A DNA stretch of 64,000 bases, taken from the NCBI GenBank assembly GCA_943788175.1, contig CALSPG010000001.1, forward strand, positions 128,001 to 192,000, in the 5' to 3' direction. The notes under the pieces are model-generated. The model did not search any database. It saw nothing but the letters and a program-made list of their open reading frames with translations, and was not told the origin of the DNA. A program made the position numbers and the translations under genes. The DNA comes from an uncultured bacterium (GTDB lineage Bacteria; Fidelibacterota; Marinisomatia; Marinisomatales; UBA1611). Positions 19,213 to 29,196 of the stretch are shown here, piece by piece; the stretch's first letter is position 1, and every line of letters begins with the position of its first letter.

Positions 19213-20655
19213 ATGAGAGATGAAATTAATTTAAAATCATTATTAGACGCTGTTAATGTTCCTGCAGATTGGGTGGGGATTAGGGAAGTGTATGAATCAA
19301 ATACTCCTAGAATGATTAGGGATGGTATTCCAGTCTCAAATGGACATTATTCTACTCATGGTATAATGGTAGAAGTCCTTGTTAATGGTCAATTTGGTTA
19401 TTTCGGTACGCCTGACCTTAGTAAGAAAGGAATTGAAGAGGCTTCAAACAAAGCATATTTCCAAGCGGAAGCTGCTTCAAAATATGCTTTACATCGATTT
19501 ACAGATGATGTAAGGCCGAAAAGTGTTGGTAAATATTCATCTGAATTTGAAAAAGACCTTAGAGATATTAGTGCTAAAGATATAAATATTATGTTGCTTG
19601 ACGCATGTAATGCCTTAAAAGTATCTGAGAAAATAGTTAGTGCTAGTGCACTTGCAAATGTAATTGAAAGTAACTTTCATTTTGTAAGTTCAAATGGTAG
19701 TGACGTTGTTCAAGATTTTTTAATGTTAGAATTTGACCTATCGGCTACTGCAGTAGATGGTGCAAATCAACAAACTCGCACTTTTGGAGGTATGAGAGGA
19801 ACTTGTCGACAAACAGGGAAAGAATTTTTAGATAATATTGAAATATTAGCTCAGGCTAATAAGATAGGAAATCAGGCTATTGAGTTGCTATCAGCAGACG
19901 AAACACCTTCTGGAGAAATGGACATTGTCATTGCGCCAGACCAAATGATGCTCCAAATACATGAAAGTATTGGCCATGCATTAGAAGTAGATAGAATTTT
20001 AGGTGATGAAAGAAATTATGCTGGTTGGAGCTTTGTTAAACTTGAAGATTTTGGAAAAATGCAATATGGTTCTAAGCATATGAATATAACATTTGACCCA
20101 ACGGTATCTTCTGAATTTGCATCATATGCATTTGATGATGGAGGCCTAAAAGCTGAAAGGGAATATTTAATTAAGGATGGTTTACTTGTTAGGGGTCTTG
20201 GAGGAAAAGAGAGTCAGGTTCGGTCAGGTTTAGAAGGAGTCGCTAATTTTCGTGCTAGCTCTTGGAATAGAGCACCTATAGATCGAATGGCAAACATAAA
20301 CCTAGAGCCAGGAGAGTCATCTTTTGATGAAATAATTGGCAGTGTCGAAAAAGGAATTTATGTAGAAAGTAATCGATCGTGGAGTATTGATGATTACAGA
20401 AATAAATTTCAATTTGGTTGCGAGTATGGTAAGCTGATTGAGAACGGGAAGCTGACAAAAACGATAAAAAACCCTAATTACAGAGGAATAAGTAATCCAT
20501 TCTGGAATAGTTTAAAGATGGTAGGTAATGGTGATACATATGGTATATATGGCACTCCTAATTGTGGTAAGGGTGAACCTAATCAAGTTATTAGAGTTGG
20601 ACATGCATCACCTTTATGTTTGTTCGAAAATATACAAGTATTTGGAGGTGCTTAA
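19213..20655 (+). CDS. tldD: TldD-family metalloprotease, catalytic subunit
   Basis: HExxxH (HESIGHALE), FDDGG, RMANINL, CGKG..Q..VGH. Confidence 0.92.
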   Translation: MRDEINLKSLLDAVNVPADWVGIREVYESNTPRMIRDGIPVSNGHYSTHGIMVEVLVNGQFGYFGTPDLSKKGIEEASNKAYFQAEAASKYALHRFTDDVRPKSVGKYSSEFEKDLRDISAKDINIMLLDACNALKVSEKIVSASALANVIESNFHFVSSNGSDVVQDFLMLEFDLSATAVDGANQQTRTFGGMRGTCRQTGKEFLDNIEILAQANKIGNQAIELLSADETPSGEMDIVIAPDQMMLQIHESIGHALEVDRILGDERNYAGWSFVKLEDFGKMQYGSKHMNITFDPTVSSEFASYAFDDGGLKAEREYLIKDGLLVRGLGGKESQVRSGLEGVANFRASSWNRAPIDRMANINLEPGESSFDEIIGSVEKGIYVESNRSWSIDDYRNKFQFGCEYGKLIENGKLTKTIKNPNYRGISNPFWNSLKMVGNGDTYGIYGTPNCGKGEPNQVIRVGHASPLCLFENIQVFGGA

Positions 20656-20657
20656 GG

Positions 20658-21980
20658 ATGGAAAATCAATTTAAAACAATATCAAAAACTCTATTTTCTT
20701 TAATTAACAAAGATGAAGTGCTAACGGTCTCTTTTACTGGAGAGGAAAGTCAATTTATCAGATTGAATAATGCTAAAATTAGACAAACAGGGTTGGTGAA
20801 TGATGCAGATATTAATTTAAAAATGATATCAAATGGCACTACTTGTACGGGAAGTTTTACTTTATCAGGAAATGATAGTTTTGACTTACGTCGAGCAAAA
20901 TCAGAAATCGAAAGAATGCGTATTGAGGTGAGTCAGATTCTAAAGGATCCATACGTAACTATGCCTTCAGAACTAGGCTCGAGTCATGAAACCAAACACT
21001 CAAATGGACTTAGCTTTGAAAATGCGGTAGATGCAATTATGCCTTGTGTTCAAGGGGTAGACTTCGTTGGTATCTTATCTAATGGAAGGATGTATAGAGG
21101 AAATGCGAATTCTCTGGGTCAAGAACATTGGTTTGAAACTGAATCTTTTAGTCTCGATTTTTCGCTAGTTGCAAAAAACCATCAAATGGTCAAAGGCACT
21201 TTTGCTGGAACAGATTGGAACCAGAATAATTTTGAATTGTATCTAGATCAATCAAAAAAGAAATTAAAAATGATGGAACTAAAACCTGTAAAGATAGATA
21301 CAGGTAATTATAAAGCCTGGTTCGAGCCTGCTGCTGTTTCTGATTTTATTAACATGTTTTCTTGGAATGGTATTAGTGAGGCAAGTATTCAGCAAGGCTG
21401 TAGCGGTTTTGGTAGAATGAGAAATGAAAATATTAAATTATCTTCAAAATTTTCGATTTCAGAAGATTTCTCTCTGGGCTTGGTCCCTAAATTTAACTCA
21501 AATGGAGAAGTGTCAGTTGATAAGGTACCAATTATTAGCTCTGGAGAACTTAAGAACACGCTAGTGAGTTCAAGAACGGCCTCAGAATATGGTCAGGTTA
21601 GTAATCATGCAGAGCCTGGAGAACATTTAAGATCTCCCTCAATGGCGCCTGGGGAATTAAATCGTAATGATATTTTAAAAGAAATTGATAAAGGTTTGTA
21701 TCTATCAAATATTCATTACTTAAACTGGAGCGACAATTCAAAAGGCAGAATCACAGGATTGACTAGGTATGCTTGTTTTTGGGTCGAAAGTGGTGAAATT
21801 GTTGGTCCAATTAATACAATGAGATTTGATGATTCCTTCTATAATTATTTTGGTGATAGTTTAGTACAGGTTGGAAAAGAAACAGAATTCATTCCTAGTA
21901 CAAGTACCTACGGAAACAGAGAAATGGGAGGGACTACATGCCCAGGTATTTTAGCTGATTCTTTTGCACTTACTCTTTAA
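20658..21980 (+). CDS. TldE/PmbA-family protein
   Basis: Follows tldD, lacks HExxxH; RLNNAKI, FNSNG, HYLNW, ITGLTR, MRFDDS; ATG 20658. Confidence 0.88.
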   Translation: MENQFKTISKTLFSLINKDEVLTVSFTGEESQFIRLNNAKIRQTGLVNDADINLKMISNGTTCTGSFTLSGNDSFDLRRAKSEIERMRIEVSQILKDPYVTMPSELGSSHETKHSNGLSFENAVDAIMPCVQGVDFVGILSNGRMYRGNANSLGQEHWFETESFSLDFSLVAKNHQMVKGTFAGTDWNQNNFELYLDQSKKKLKMMELKPVKIDTGNYKAWFEPAAVSDFINMFSWNGISEASIQQGCSGFGRMRNENIKLSSKFSISEDFSLGLVPKFNSNGEVSVDKVPIISSGELKNTLVSSRTASEYGQVSNHAEPGEHLRSPSMAPGELNRNDILKEIDKGLYLSNIHYLNWSDNSKGRITGLTRYACFWVESGEIVGPINTMRFDDSFYNYFGDSLVQVGKETEFIPSTSTYGNREMGGTTCPGILADSFALTL

Positions 21981-21982
21981 TA

Positions 21983-23083
21983 ATGGTTATGATTTTTGAT
22001 TTAATTTATTTTTTTTTAGGATTTGCTGTCGGGGGATCTATTGTTTGGTATCTACGACAAAAAGAGCTTGATGCTACAAAGCAAAATCAGGATGAATTGA
22101 AAAAAAGTTTTAGTGACTTATCAAATGAGGTCTTAATTGATAGTCAAAAGATTTTCCTAGATCTAGCAGAATCAAGGTTTTCATCATTATTAGACAGCTC
22201 CGGGAATCAGTTAGATAAGAAAAAAGAACTTATTGATACAAGCCTTAAAGAAATGAAAGAAAGATTAAACAGCCTTTCCGAAAATACGGTTGCGCTTAAA
22301 TCGCAAATGGAAGAATCTCGTAAGACTGTAGGTGATCTTTCAGATACTACATCTAGGCTACGTCAAATATTGTCTAGTTCCCAAGCCAGAGGCCAATGGG
22401 GGGAAAGAATGGTTGAGGATATATTAAACTTTATTGGACTCAAAGAAGGTATTAATTTCAAGCAACAGTCGCAAACGGGTAACAATAGGCCAGACTTTAC
22501 TTTTTTTTTACCAGATAAAAAAATTATTAATATGGACGTCAAATTTCCACTGTCTCATTATGAAAAGTATATCAAAGTTGATAGTGATTCTGAAAAAGAA
22601 TTAGAGAAAAAAGCTTTTTTAAAAGACGTTAGGAATAGAATTAAAGAGGTTTCTGATCGATCTTATATTGATCCGGAAGGTGGAACTGTTGATTACGTTT
22701 TATTATTTATACCAAATGAAAGTATTTATTCTTTTTTAAATCAAGAAGATGATTCTTTAATTGATTTTTCTTTAGAAAGAAAAATCATCCTATGCTCTCC
22801 GATAACGCTTTATGCTATACTTTCCTTGGTTCGTCAAGCGGTGTCAAATTTTGCTATGGAACAAAAAGCGGGGGAGATGCAAGTGTTGGTTGGTGTCTTT
22901 AGAAAACAGTGGGAGCAGTACAAATCAAAAATTAATGCAATGAGTAATTCACTGAGTGCTCTAACAAACCATTACGAAGAACTTAGAGGCCCTCGATTAA
23001 GGGGGCTTGAAAAACCAATGGATAAGATATCTGAATTGCAATTAGGCAATAACAATCAACTATTGAAAAAAGAAGACACTTAG
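21983..23083 (+). CDS. rmuC: DNA recombination protein RmuC
   Basis: N-terminal TM segment, coiled coil, RGQWGE, RPD..LP..DVKFP, DYVLLFIPNE, SPITL. Confidence 0.92.
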   Translation: MVMIFDLIYFFLGFAVGGSIVWYLRQKELDATKQNQDELKKSFSDLSNEVLIDSQKIFLDLAESRFSSLLDSSGNQLDKKKELIDTSLKEMKERLNSLSENTVALKSQMEESRKTVGDLSDTTSRLRQILSSSQARGQWGERMVEDILNFIGLKEGINFKQQSQTGNNRPDFTFFLPDKKIINMDVKFPLSHYEKYIKVDSDSEKELEKKAFLKDVRNRIKEVSDRSYIDPEGGTVDYVLLFIPNESIYSFLNQEDDSLIDFSLERKIILCSPITLYAILSLVRQAVSNFAMEQKAGEMQVLVGVFRKQWEQYKSKINAMSNSLSALTNHYEELRGPRLRGLEKPMDKISELQLGNNNQLLKKEDT

Positions 23084-23084
23084 T

Positions 23085-23510
23085 ATGAAATTGAATATTT
23101 CTATATATTTTATCATTATATTGCTTGGCGGTTGCGTAGAGCCACCAGATTATGATGATGGACTTCTTGAAAATATTCCAGCCATTATTAATGCCGACGA
23201 TTATTTTTCTTTGAGTTTATATGCGGAAAACCACACCAAAAATTATAATTGGAATTTAGGTTTTAGTTCAACTGTCGAAGACACTCTTCTTACTTCCCTA
23301 ATTATTAAAAACTACTTAGGGTCAGCTGCAGATTCATCAACTTTAATTCTTTATAACACTAATGAAGCAGAAATTTTTAATATTTTGTTAAATGGAGAGA
23401 CCACTTCAATTAGTGAAATATCTATGGAGTACATAGGTAATCCTCATAGATTAGAACTTATTTCTAATAAATTAAATTGTTCGCTTGAATTACAGCTTAT
23501 AAGGCAATAA
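23085..23510 (+). CDS. Hypothetical lipoprotein
   Basis: 141 aa ORF, signal peptide with lipobox LGGC; tightly packed in the operon. Confidence 0.7.
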   Translation: MKLNISIYFIIILLGGCVEPPDYDDGLLENIPAIINADDYFSLSLYAENHTKNYNWNLGFSSTVEDTLLTSLIIKNYLGSAADSSTLILYNTNEAEIFNILLNGETTSISEISMEYIGNPHRLELISNKLNCSLELQLIRQ

Positions 23511-23514
23511 TTGT

Positions 23515-26490
23515 TTAATCTTCCCAAACGGGACAGGCTAAGTATTTATAATCGCACCAATTACAATGGTTCCCTTTTTTTGGATTAAAATCTTTTTTTC
23601 GTATACCTTTCGATACTTCTATTATTTTTTGTTCTGTATCACGTAATTCATCAATAGAAAAAGCATGTTCTTTTATTGGGTCTTCAAAATCTCTCAAAAA
23701 GTAAAGTTTTGATATTTCAGGTATCCCTCTTAGAACTAAATCTTCTGTTTGCTCCAAAAATAAGGAATAGATTGCTAGCTGTAGACTAGTTTTTGCTTTG
23801 GTTGAAGATTTACTTGTTTTGTAATCCGTAATAACTATTCCATCCTCTTTATCAAGCCTATCAATAGTACCAGCTATGGTAATGTCATTTAATTGAAAGG
23901 TAAAGTTTAGCTCAGTAGCAATTACATTTGGAGGAGACTTGCTAATATTTTTTACATAATGAGTTAACATTTCAATACCCTGAGTTTTGAATTTTTCCTC
24001 TCTGATTTTATATTCAAACATCCCACTTTGCCATTCTTCATTTAACAGTCTAAGAGCTCGCTGCTCATTAAGATTTTTATCCTTTTCATGAAAGCGCTGT
24101 AATACTTTGTGAATAATATTACCAAAAACTAATTCTGGTTTACTTGAAGTTTGTGGAATTTTATCAATTTTGGACATTCTATATTTTAATGGGCATGCTA
24201 AATATGTCTCTATAGCGCTGGCTGATAAACTTATTTGATTAGGAATTTCAGGTGTGAATGTAGTTTTTAAATCACTCTTTAGCTGTTGATGTAATTCTGA
24301 GTTGTCTAAAACATAGTTTTCATTATTTTCGTATTTGTCGATAATCGATAAAATATTAGCAAGTTCTTTGATGATAGCGTATTGGTTTTCAGATAATGCA
24401 TCCTGCATCATTTTGGAATACTTTATTTTCAACTCTGAACGTAAAATATGTTTGTCTTCTTGATTATTCGTTGTTTTTTTATCCATTATTTCTTCGGGTA
24501 GTTCCTTTACAAATTTAGATGTGGCCTTTGTTGGAGCGAGAATATACAGCAAGTTTTTAGCTCTAGTGATAGCAACATAAAACAATCTTCGTTCTTCTTG
24601 ATAATGGTGTTCTTTAGGCGATAAATCTGTATAATTTTCATAATTTAGTAATATATCAGGTGGGTTTTTTATTTTCTTTTCTGATTTAAAATTTAGCGGA
24701 AAACTAGCAGATCGTTGAAATGGTAAGAATACTATTTCAAATTCACCACCTTTGACACCGTGTACTGTATTAATAGTAACGGCATCATAGTCTTTATTAA
24801 TTGCTGGCTCTAAGGATGGTAGGCCACCAGAGGTCATTATATCTTCAAGGAATCTATTAAACCTGAATATATTATCATTTTTCTTATTATTGGTATTGTT
24901 TGAGAATTTTTGAGCATTAGATATAATAGAGCTGATATTTAATATTTCATATTGATCTTGGAGTAAATATCTTCGAGATTTATTCTTTAGAATTTTTAAT
25001 TTTTCACATAATTCCCAAACAATTTCTCCAGCGGATCTTTTATGAGCTATCCTTTTAAAATATTCGATTATTAAAGTGATTTCATTAATGAATTTTGAAG
25101 CTTTATCAGTTTTTATAGTCTCGCTATTTAATCCTGATTTATTTTCTTCCCAAGATTTATTAAAAAAAATATGAGCGTTTTCATACCCACTTTTATTTTT
25201 TAATATTCTAAATAGAGCAATCTCATAATATTTACCTTTTGCTATTAGTTGAATCCATGCAAGCAAGTCCTTAACTTGAGCAATATTAAATAAGTTTCTT
25301 TTCGATGAACGATTTGGAATTCCTAAAGAGTTTAAGTGGTCAATAATTTGGATTGACTGCTGATGAGTTCTGCATAGGATTGCCATTTCTTTGTACGGAA
25401 AGTCTTTTTTTAATTGGTTAATTTTATCAGAAATGAATGTTATTTGATCATTTTTCTCGCCGTTAAAAAGGACTGGTTTTATTTCACTTAATGTAGAATT
25501 TGACCAAAGTGATTTTTCTTTTCTCTCTTTATTGTTTTTAATAGAGTGGTTAGCTAAATCTAGAATAGGCTGAGATGATCTATAATTCGTTTCTAGAGTA
25601 ATCGTTTTATATTGATTATTCGATTTATAAGTATTTTCAAATGTCGATATATTGAATGCATTTGCTCCTCTAAAACTGTATATCACTTGATCATCATCAC
25701 CAACAACTGTAATTGATTCATTTTTTCCTGATATGAGTCTAGCTATTTCATTTAATGCATAGTTATTATCTTGAAACTCATCAATAATGATGTGTTTAAA
25801 CTTGTTTCTGACATCATTAAGCACTGCTTTGTCATTTTTTAAAGAGTTGTAAGCATCTTTTATCATGTCATTATAGTCAATAAAATTGTTTTCTTTTTTC
25901 CATTTTTGAAAAATGGGATAAATACGTAATAGGTCTTTTAGTTGAAAGAACAATTCTTGATTATTTTCATAAAATTTTTCAAGATTTTCATAATCAATTG
26001 TCTTTATATCTATTAATTCATCTCTTATTCTATTAAAAAAAGGTATAAAACTTTCAATAACAGCAGCTTTTGGGTTAAGAGAAAACTCATCAGATAACAG
26101 AGGATAAAAATCATCATAACGCTCAAGTAACATGTGGACAGCTTCACTCTGATCTATAAGGATAGAAGCGGTAGCGTTATTTCTAAAAAAATCTTTCATT
26201 AGTTTATAACAGAATGAATGAAACGTTCCAATAAACATGGGATGGACTTTTTGTCCTACTTTGTTAAGAAGTCTGAATTTTAATTCATTGGCTGCTTTTT
26301 CTGTGTACGTAATTGTAAGAATATTTTTTGGATCAACATTGTATTTTTGAATCATATATACAATTCGATTTTCTAAGGTGAATGTTTTTCCAGTGCCAGC
26401 TCCTGCAATTATCATCAGAGGTGCAAGAGGATGTTTTATAGCCTCGAGTTGTTTTGGATTTGCAATTTCTAATATTTTATTTAAATGCAT
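23515..26490 (-). CDS. UvrD/AdnAB-like ATP-dependent helicase with a C-terminal PD-(D/E)XK nuclease and probable 4Fe-4S cluster
   Basis: AGAGTGKT, TFHSF, IDEFQD, VGDDDQ.IYSFRGA, NYRS, TVHGVKGGEF, EERRLFYVAITRA; SAIETYLACP, GTIDR..DYKT, QLAIY, CNWC..C. Confidence 0.92.
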   Translation of the reverse strand: MHLNKILEIANPKQLEAIKHPLAPLMIIAGAGTGKTFTLENRIVYMIQKYNVDPKNILTITYTEKAANELKFRLLNKVGQKVHPMFIGTFHSFCYKLMKDFFRNNATASILIDQSEAVHMLLERYDDFYPLLSDEFSLNPKAAVIESFIPFFNRIRDELIDIKTIDYENLEKFYENNQELFFQLKDLLRIYPIFQKWKKENNFIDYNDMIKDAYNSLKNDKAVLNDVRNKFKHIIIDEFQDNNYALNEIARLISGKNESITVVGDDDQVIYSFRGANAFNISTFENTYKSNNQYKTITLETNYRSSQPILDLANHSIKNNKERKEKSLWSNSTLSEIKPVLFNGEKNDQITFISDKINQLKKDFPYKEMAILCRTHQQSIQIIDHLNSLGIPNRSSKRNLFNIAQVKDLLAWIQLIAKGKYYEIALFRILKNKSGYENAHIFFNKSWEENKSGLNSETIKTDKASKFINEITLIIEYFKRIAHKRSAGEIVWELCEKLKILKNKSRRYLLQDQYEILNISSIISNAQKFSNNTNNKKNDNIFRFNRFLEDIMTSGGLPSLEPAINKDYDAVTINTVHGVKGGEFEIVFLPFQRSASFPLNFKSEKKIKNPPDILLNYENYTDLSPKEHHYQEERRLFYVAITRAKNLLYILAPTKATSKFVKELPEEIMDKKTTNNQEDKHILRSELKIKYSKMMQDALSENQYAIIKELANILSIIDKYENNENYVLDNSELHQQLKSDLKTTFTPEIPNQISLSASAIETYLACPLKYRMSKIDKIPQTSSKPELVFGNIIHKVLQRFHEKDKNLNEQRALRLLNEEWQSGMFEYKIREEKFKTQGIEMLTHYVKNISKSPPNVIATELNFTFQLNDITIAGTIDRLDKEDGIVITDYKTSKSSTKAKTSLQLAIYSLFLEQTEDLVLRGIPEISKLYFLRDFEDPIKEHAFSIDELRDTEQKIIEVSKGIRKKDFNPKKGNHCNWCDYKYLACPVWED

Positions 26491-26513
26491 ATCGAAAAAT
26501 ATGAATTAATTTT

Positions 26514-26541
26514 TTAACCTTTTCTAACTTTATAGGTCTAA
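26514..26541 (+). promoter_or_regulatory. Putative autoregulatory ECF sigma promoter
   Basis: AAC (26516-18), 18 nt, TCTAA (26537-41): sigmaE-type spacing, ending 12 nt before the ECF ATG. Confidence 0.55.
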
Positions 26542-26553
26542 TTAAATAATGAT

Positions 26554-27078
26554 ATGCTTAGTGATAACGAATTAATTGAAAAATTTCAAAATGGTGATGA
26601 CAAAGCATTCAATAAACTTATTCAAAATAATTTAAATAATGTATTCGGTTTTTTTATGAAAATTACAAGAGATGAAATGGCAGCAGAAGATTTAGCACAG
26701 GATGTTTTTATGAAATTATATAAAAATCTTAAAAAATTTAGACATGATTCAAATTTTTCCACATACCTATACAGAATTAACACCAATACCGCAAATTCAT
26801 GGATTACAAGAAATAAATGGAAGAACTTATTACATCTAGACCAAGCACCAGACAGAGGTGAGTATGATCAAGTAAATGAAGCTGAGTGGGAGCGAAAGGA
26901 ACTTTGGGAGTCTATTTCTAAGTTGCCAAAAAAGCAAAGAAAGGTCGTTATCTTAAGGCTAACTAATTCGTTGTCTTTCCGTGAAATATCAAATATTACC
27001 GGCATGAAAGAAGGGACAGCTAAAGTTAACTTTCATCATGCGTTAAAAAAGTTAAAAGAGGATCTGATCGATGAATAG
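26554..27078 (+). CDS. ECF RNA polymerase sigma factor
   Basis: SDNELI..GD..AF, AEDLAQDVF, FSTYLYRI, LPKKQR..LSFREIS..GTAK. Confidence 0.95.
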   Translation: MLSDNELIEKFQNGDDKAFNKLIQNNLNNVFGFFMKITRDEMAAEDLAQDVFMKLYKNLKKFRHDSNFSTYLYRINTNTANSWITRNKWKNLLHLDQAPDRGEYDQVNEAEWERKELWESISKLPKKQRKVVILRLTNSLSFREISNITGMKEGTAKVNFHHALKKLKEDLIDE

Positions 27079-27463
27079 TCTTGAAAAAAAACTTTCAAAA
27101 TTATCTAGTTTTAAAATAAATAAAATAGATTCATCAAATTTTATATCATCATTAAGAAATAGACAAAGAATTGAGTCATTAAGAAAAAAAAGATTTCAGT
27201 CCGGAATTAGAGGGTTGGCTTTTGTGACTCTAATTTCGTTCATTACTTCACTTCAATTAGATGACACTAATTATCATTATGATAACTTTAATATTGTTTC
27301 CTATTATCAAGACTTCGATAATGAGATTTTTAATATTAACGATATTCTTGTTGAGGTAGATGAAATTGATTTCGGACTGTTTCTTATTGAAGAAACAGTT
27401 GATATTGGCATTAGTGAATTGATTTATTACAATAGTTTTTTAATTGAAGATGTAGAAGGGTAA
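27071..27463 (+). CDS. Hypothetical single-pass membrane protein, probable anti-sigma factor
   Basis: Overlaps the ECF stop; basic N-terminus, one TM segment, acidic C-terminus; positional inference. Confidence 0.6.
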   Translation: MNSLEKKLSKLSSFKINKIDSSNFISSLRNRQRIESLRKKRFQSGIRGLAFVTLISFITSLQLDDTNYHYDNFNIVSYYQDFDNEIFNINDILVEVDEIDFGLFLIEETVDIGISELIYYNSFLIEDVEG

Positions 27464-27471
27464 ATGGCTTT

Positions 27472-28011
27472 ATGAAAATAGTATTTTTAATTTTAGTATT
27501 TGGTCTAGCAAAAGACACCTACTCGCAACGGGCAGAGGTTGCTGAGACTGAACTTGACTCTGCCTTTAATCTAGATAATAGAAAAGAGATGGAGTCTATG
27601 ATGATATGGAAGTTGACTAGCGAGCTTGACTTAGAGGTCGAGCAAGCAGAAAAGTTTTTTCCTAGATTTCGAAAGCATCGAAAAGAGATAGAGACTTTAA
27701 GAAAAAAAGACCGTTTATTGGCAAAGTCAATTAAACTAAGCATTTCTCAAAATAAAAAACTGATGCAATCTGAAGTTGTAAAAATGATTAAAGAATCTTC
27801 TTCTTTTAGGAAAAAAATGGCTGATAAGGAAGAAGACTTTTTAATAAAATCTGGAGATATACTTAATCCCAAGCAACAGGCTAAACTTGGAATTTTTAAA
27901 CATAAAATGTTGCGCGAGCTAAAAGGCGGTATAAATAAAAAACGCTCTCGAGGTGGTAAAAGAAAATTTGGTAATGAAAGAAAAAATAATAAAAGAGGAT
28001 TTTGGAAATAA
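27472..28011 (+). CDS. Secreted helical protein, Spy/CpxP-like (ECF-associated)
   Basis: Signal peptide; WKLTSELDL..EQAEKFFP and LNPKQQAK resemble LTxxQ repeats; basic tail. Confidence 0.6.
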   Translation: MKIVFLILVFGLAKDTYSQRAEVAETELDSAFNLDNRKEMESMMIWKLTSELDLEVEQAEKFFPRFRKHRKEIETLRKKDRLLAKSIKLSISQNKKLMQSEVVKMIKESSSFRKKMADKEEDFLIKSGDILNPKQQAKLGIFKHKMLRELKGGINKKRSRGGKRKFGNERKNNKRGFWK

Positions 28012-29051
28012 TGAAGAAAGAAAAAATTATTAAAGTATTAAATGTTCTGCTATTTGTTGCCGTTATTTTTAACGGTTGCGTAAATCTGAAAAATGATTCT
28101 GAAAATGATAAGAGCGAATTAATGAGACTCTTAGATGAGGACACAGCAGTAGGAATTGACGGTTATGATGATCAAGGTGTAGTTGATATAGAGTTTGATA
28201 ATGGTCTTGAATCTATTGGAATGGCAAGAATTACTGAAGATACATTAAAGTATGGTGAGGGTTATCGGATACGGTTTGGTAGGCAAATAATTAGTAGAGA
28301 AAGATCAGTAGAGTTTAATGTTGACGGTGATACTGCAATTGGATTGATTAGTTACAATTTAAATGGGATTTTTAGAGTTTTGGTAAAAGATACTTCCAAT
28401 TTAGAAATTATTGATTCTATGAGTTTCTCAAAAAACTTTGAGTCTTTAATGACTAGAAAAGTAAAATTCTTTAAATTGTCTGATAATAGCAATCCTAATG
28501 GTTATAGGTGGAAAATAGCGGCTATTACTCCAATCACTGGTAGCTCGGGGAATAAAGTATCTATTTCTTCTTTGAATATTTTTTCAATAGAAACTTTAAT
28601 AAATGATGATGGCGAGAGTTCATATAATCAAAGAGAATTACTGTTTTCAATGAATTCAGATGATTCTGGCGATTTGTATTTAGATAGAGAAAACTTGCCT
28701 ACATTTAATGCGTTTCAACAAATAATGATAAAAGTCGATGTTGAAAATTTTGGTCCTGAACATGCTCTTGATTCTTTGGGTGTAGGTGAGTGGGTTATGC
28801 ATCGTTTTGGTAGAAACTCTTCCCAGCGAGGAAGACGTAAATTAAATGATAGAGGGGTAGCATCTGATAGCGTGGAAAATGATAATATCCATACTGCTAT
28901 TTGGCGTTTGCATGGACCTGGATTTGGTAGAGATTCACGAACATTTAGATCTTTTTTTAATACTATTGATTTAGCTACCATATTTGTAGAAAGTAGTGAT
29001 TATAACAACGTTACCTGGTCGATTCCTTACAAAGTAACTAGGCAGAATTAG
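28011..29051 (+). CDS. Hypothetical lipoprotein
   Basis: ATG overlaps the upstream TAA (taatg); lipobox FNGC; about 346 aa. Confidence 0.7.
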   Translation: MKKEKIIKVLNVLLFVAVIFNGCVNLKNDSENDKSELMRLLDEDTAVGIDGYDDQGVVDIEFDNGLESIGMARITEDTLKYGEGYRIRFGRQIISRERSVEFNVDGDTAIGLISYNLNGIFRVLVKDTSNLEIIDSMSFSKNFESLMTRKVKFFKLSDNSNPNGYRWKIAAITPITGSSGNKVSISSLNIFSIETLINDDGESSYNQRELLFSMNSDDSGDLYLDRENLPTFNAFQQIMIKVDVENFGPEHALDSLGVGEWVMHRFGRNSSQRGRRKLNDRGVASDSVENDNIHTAIWRLHGPGFGRDSRTFRSFFNTIDLATIFVESSDYNNVTWSIPYKVTRQN

Positions 29052-29196
29052 ATTTTAGTTAATATTACCACGCTCTAATCAGTTTAAAATAATATTATTG
29101 TCGATAACATTATTTGCACATAGAGCGTAGTAGCTATTGACCTAATGTGCTGATTTTATCAAATTTTAGATATAATATTATCAATTTATTAGAAAT

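Noticed and set aside
17880-23510. RiPP biosynthetic cluster around tldD/tldE
   Set aside because: No precursor peptide, YcaO, radical SAM maturase or exporter is adjacent.
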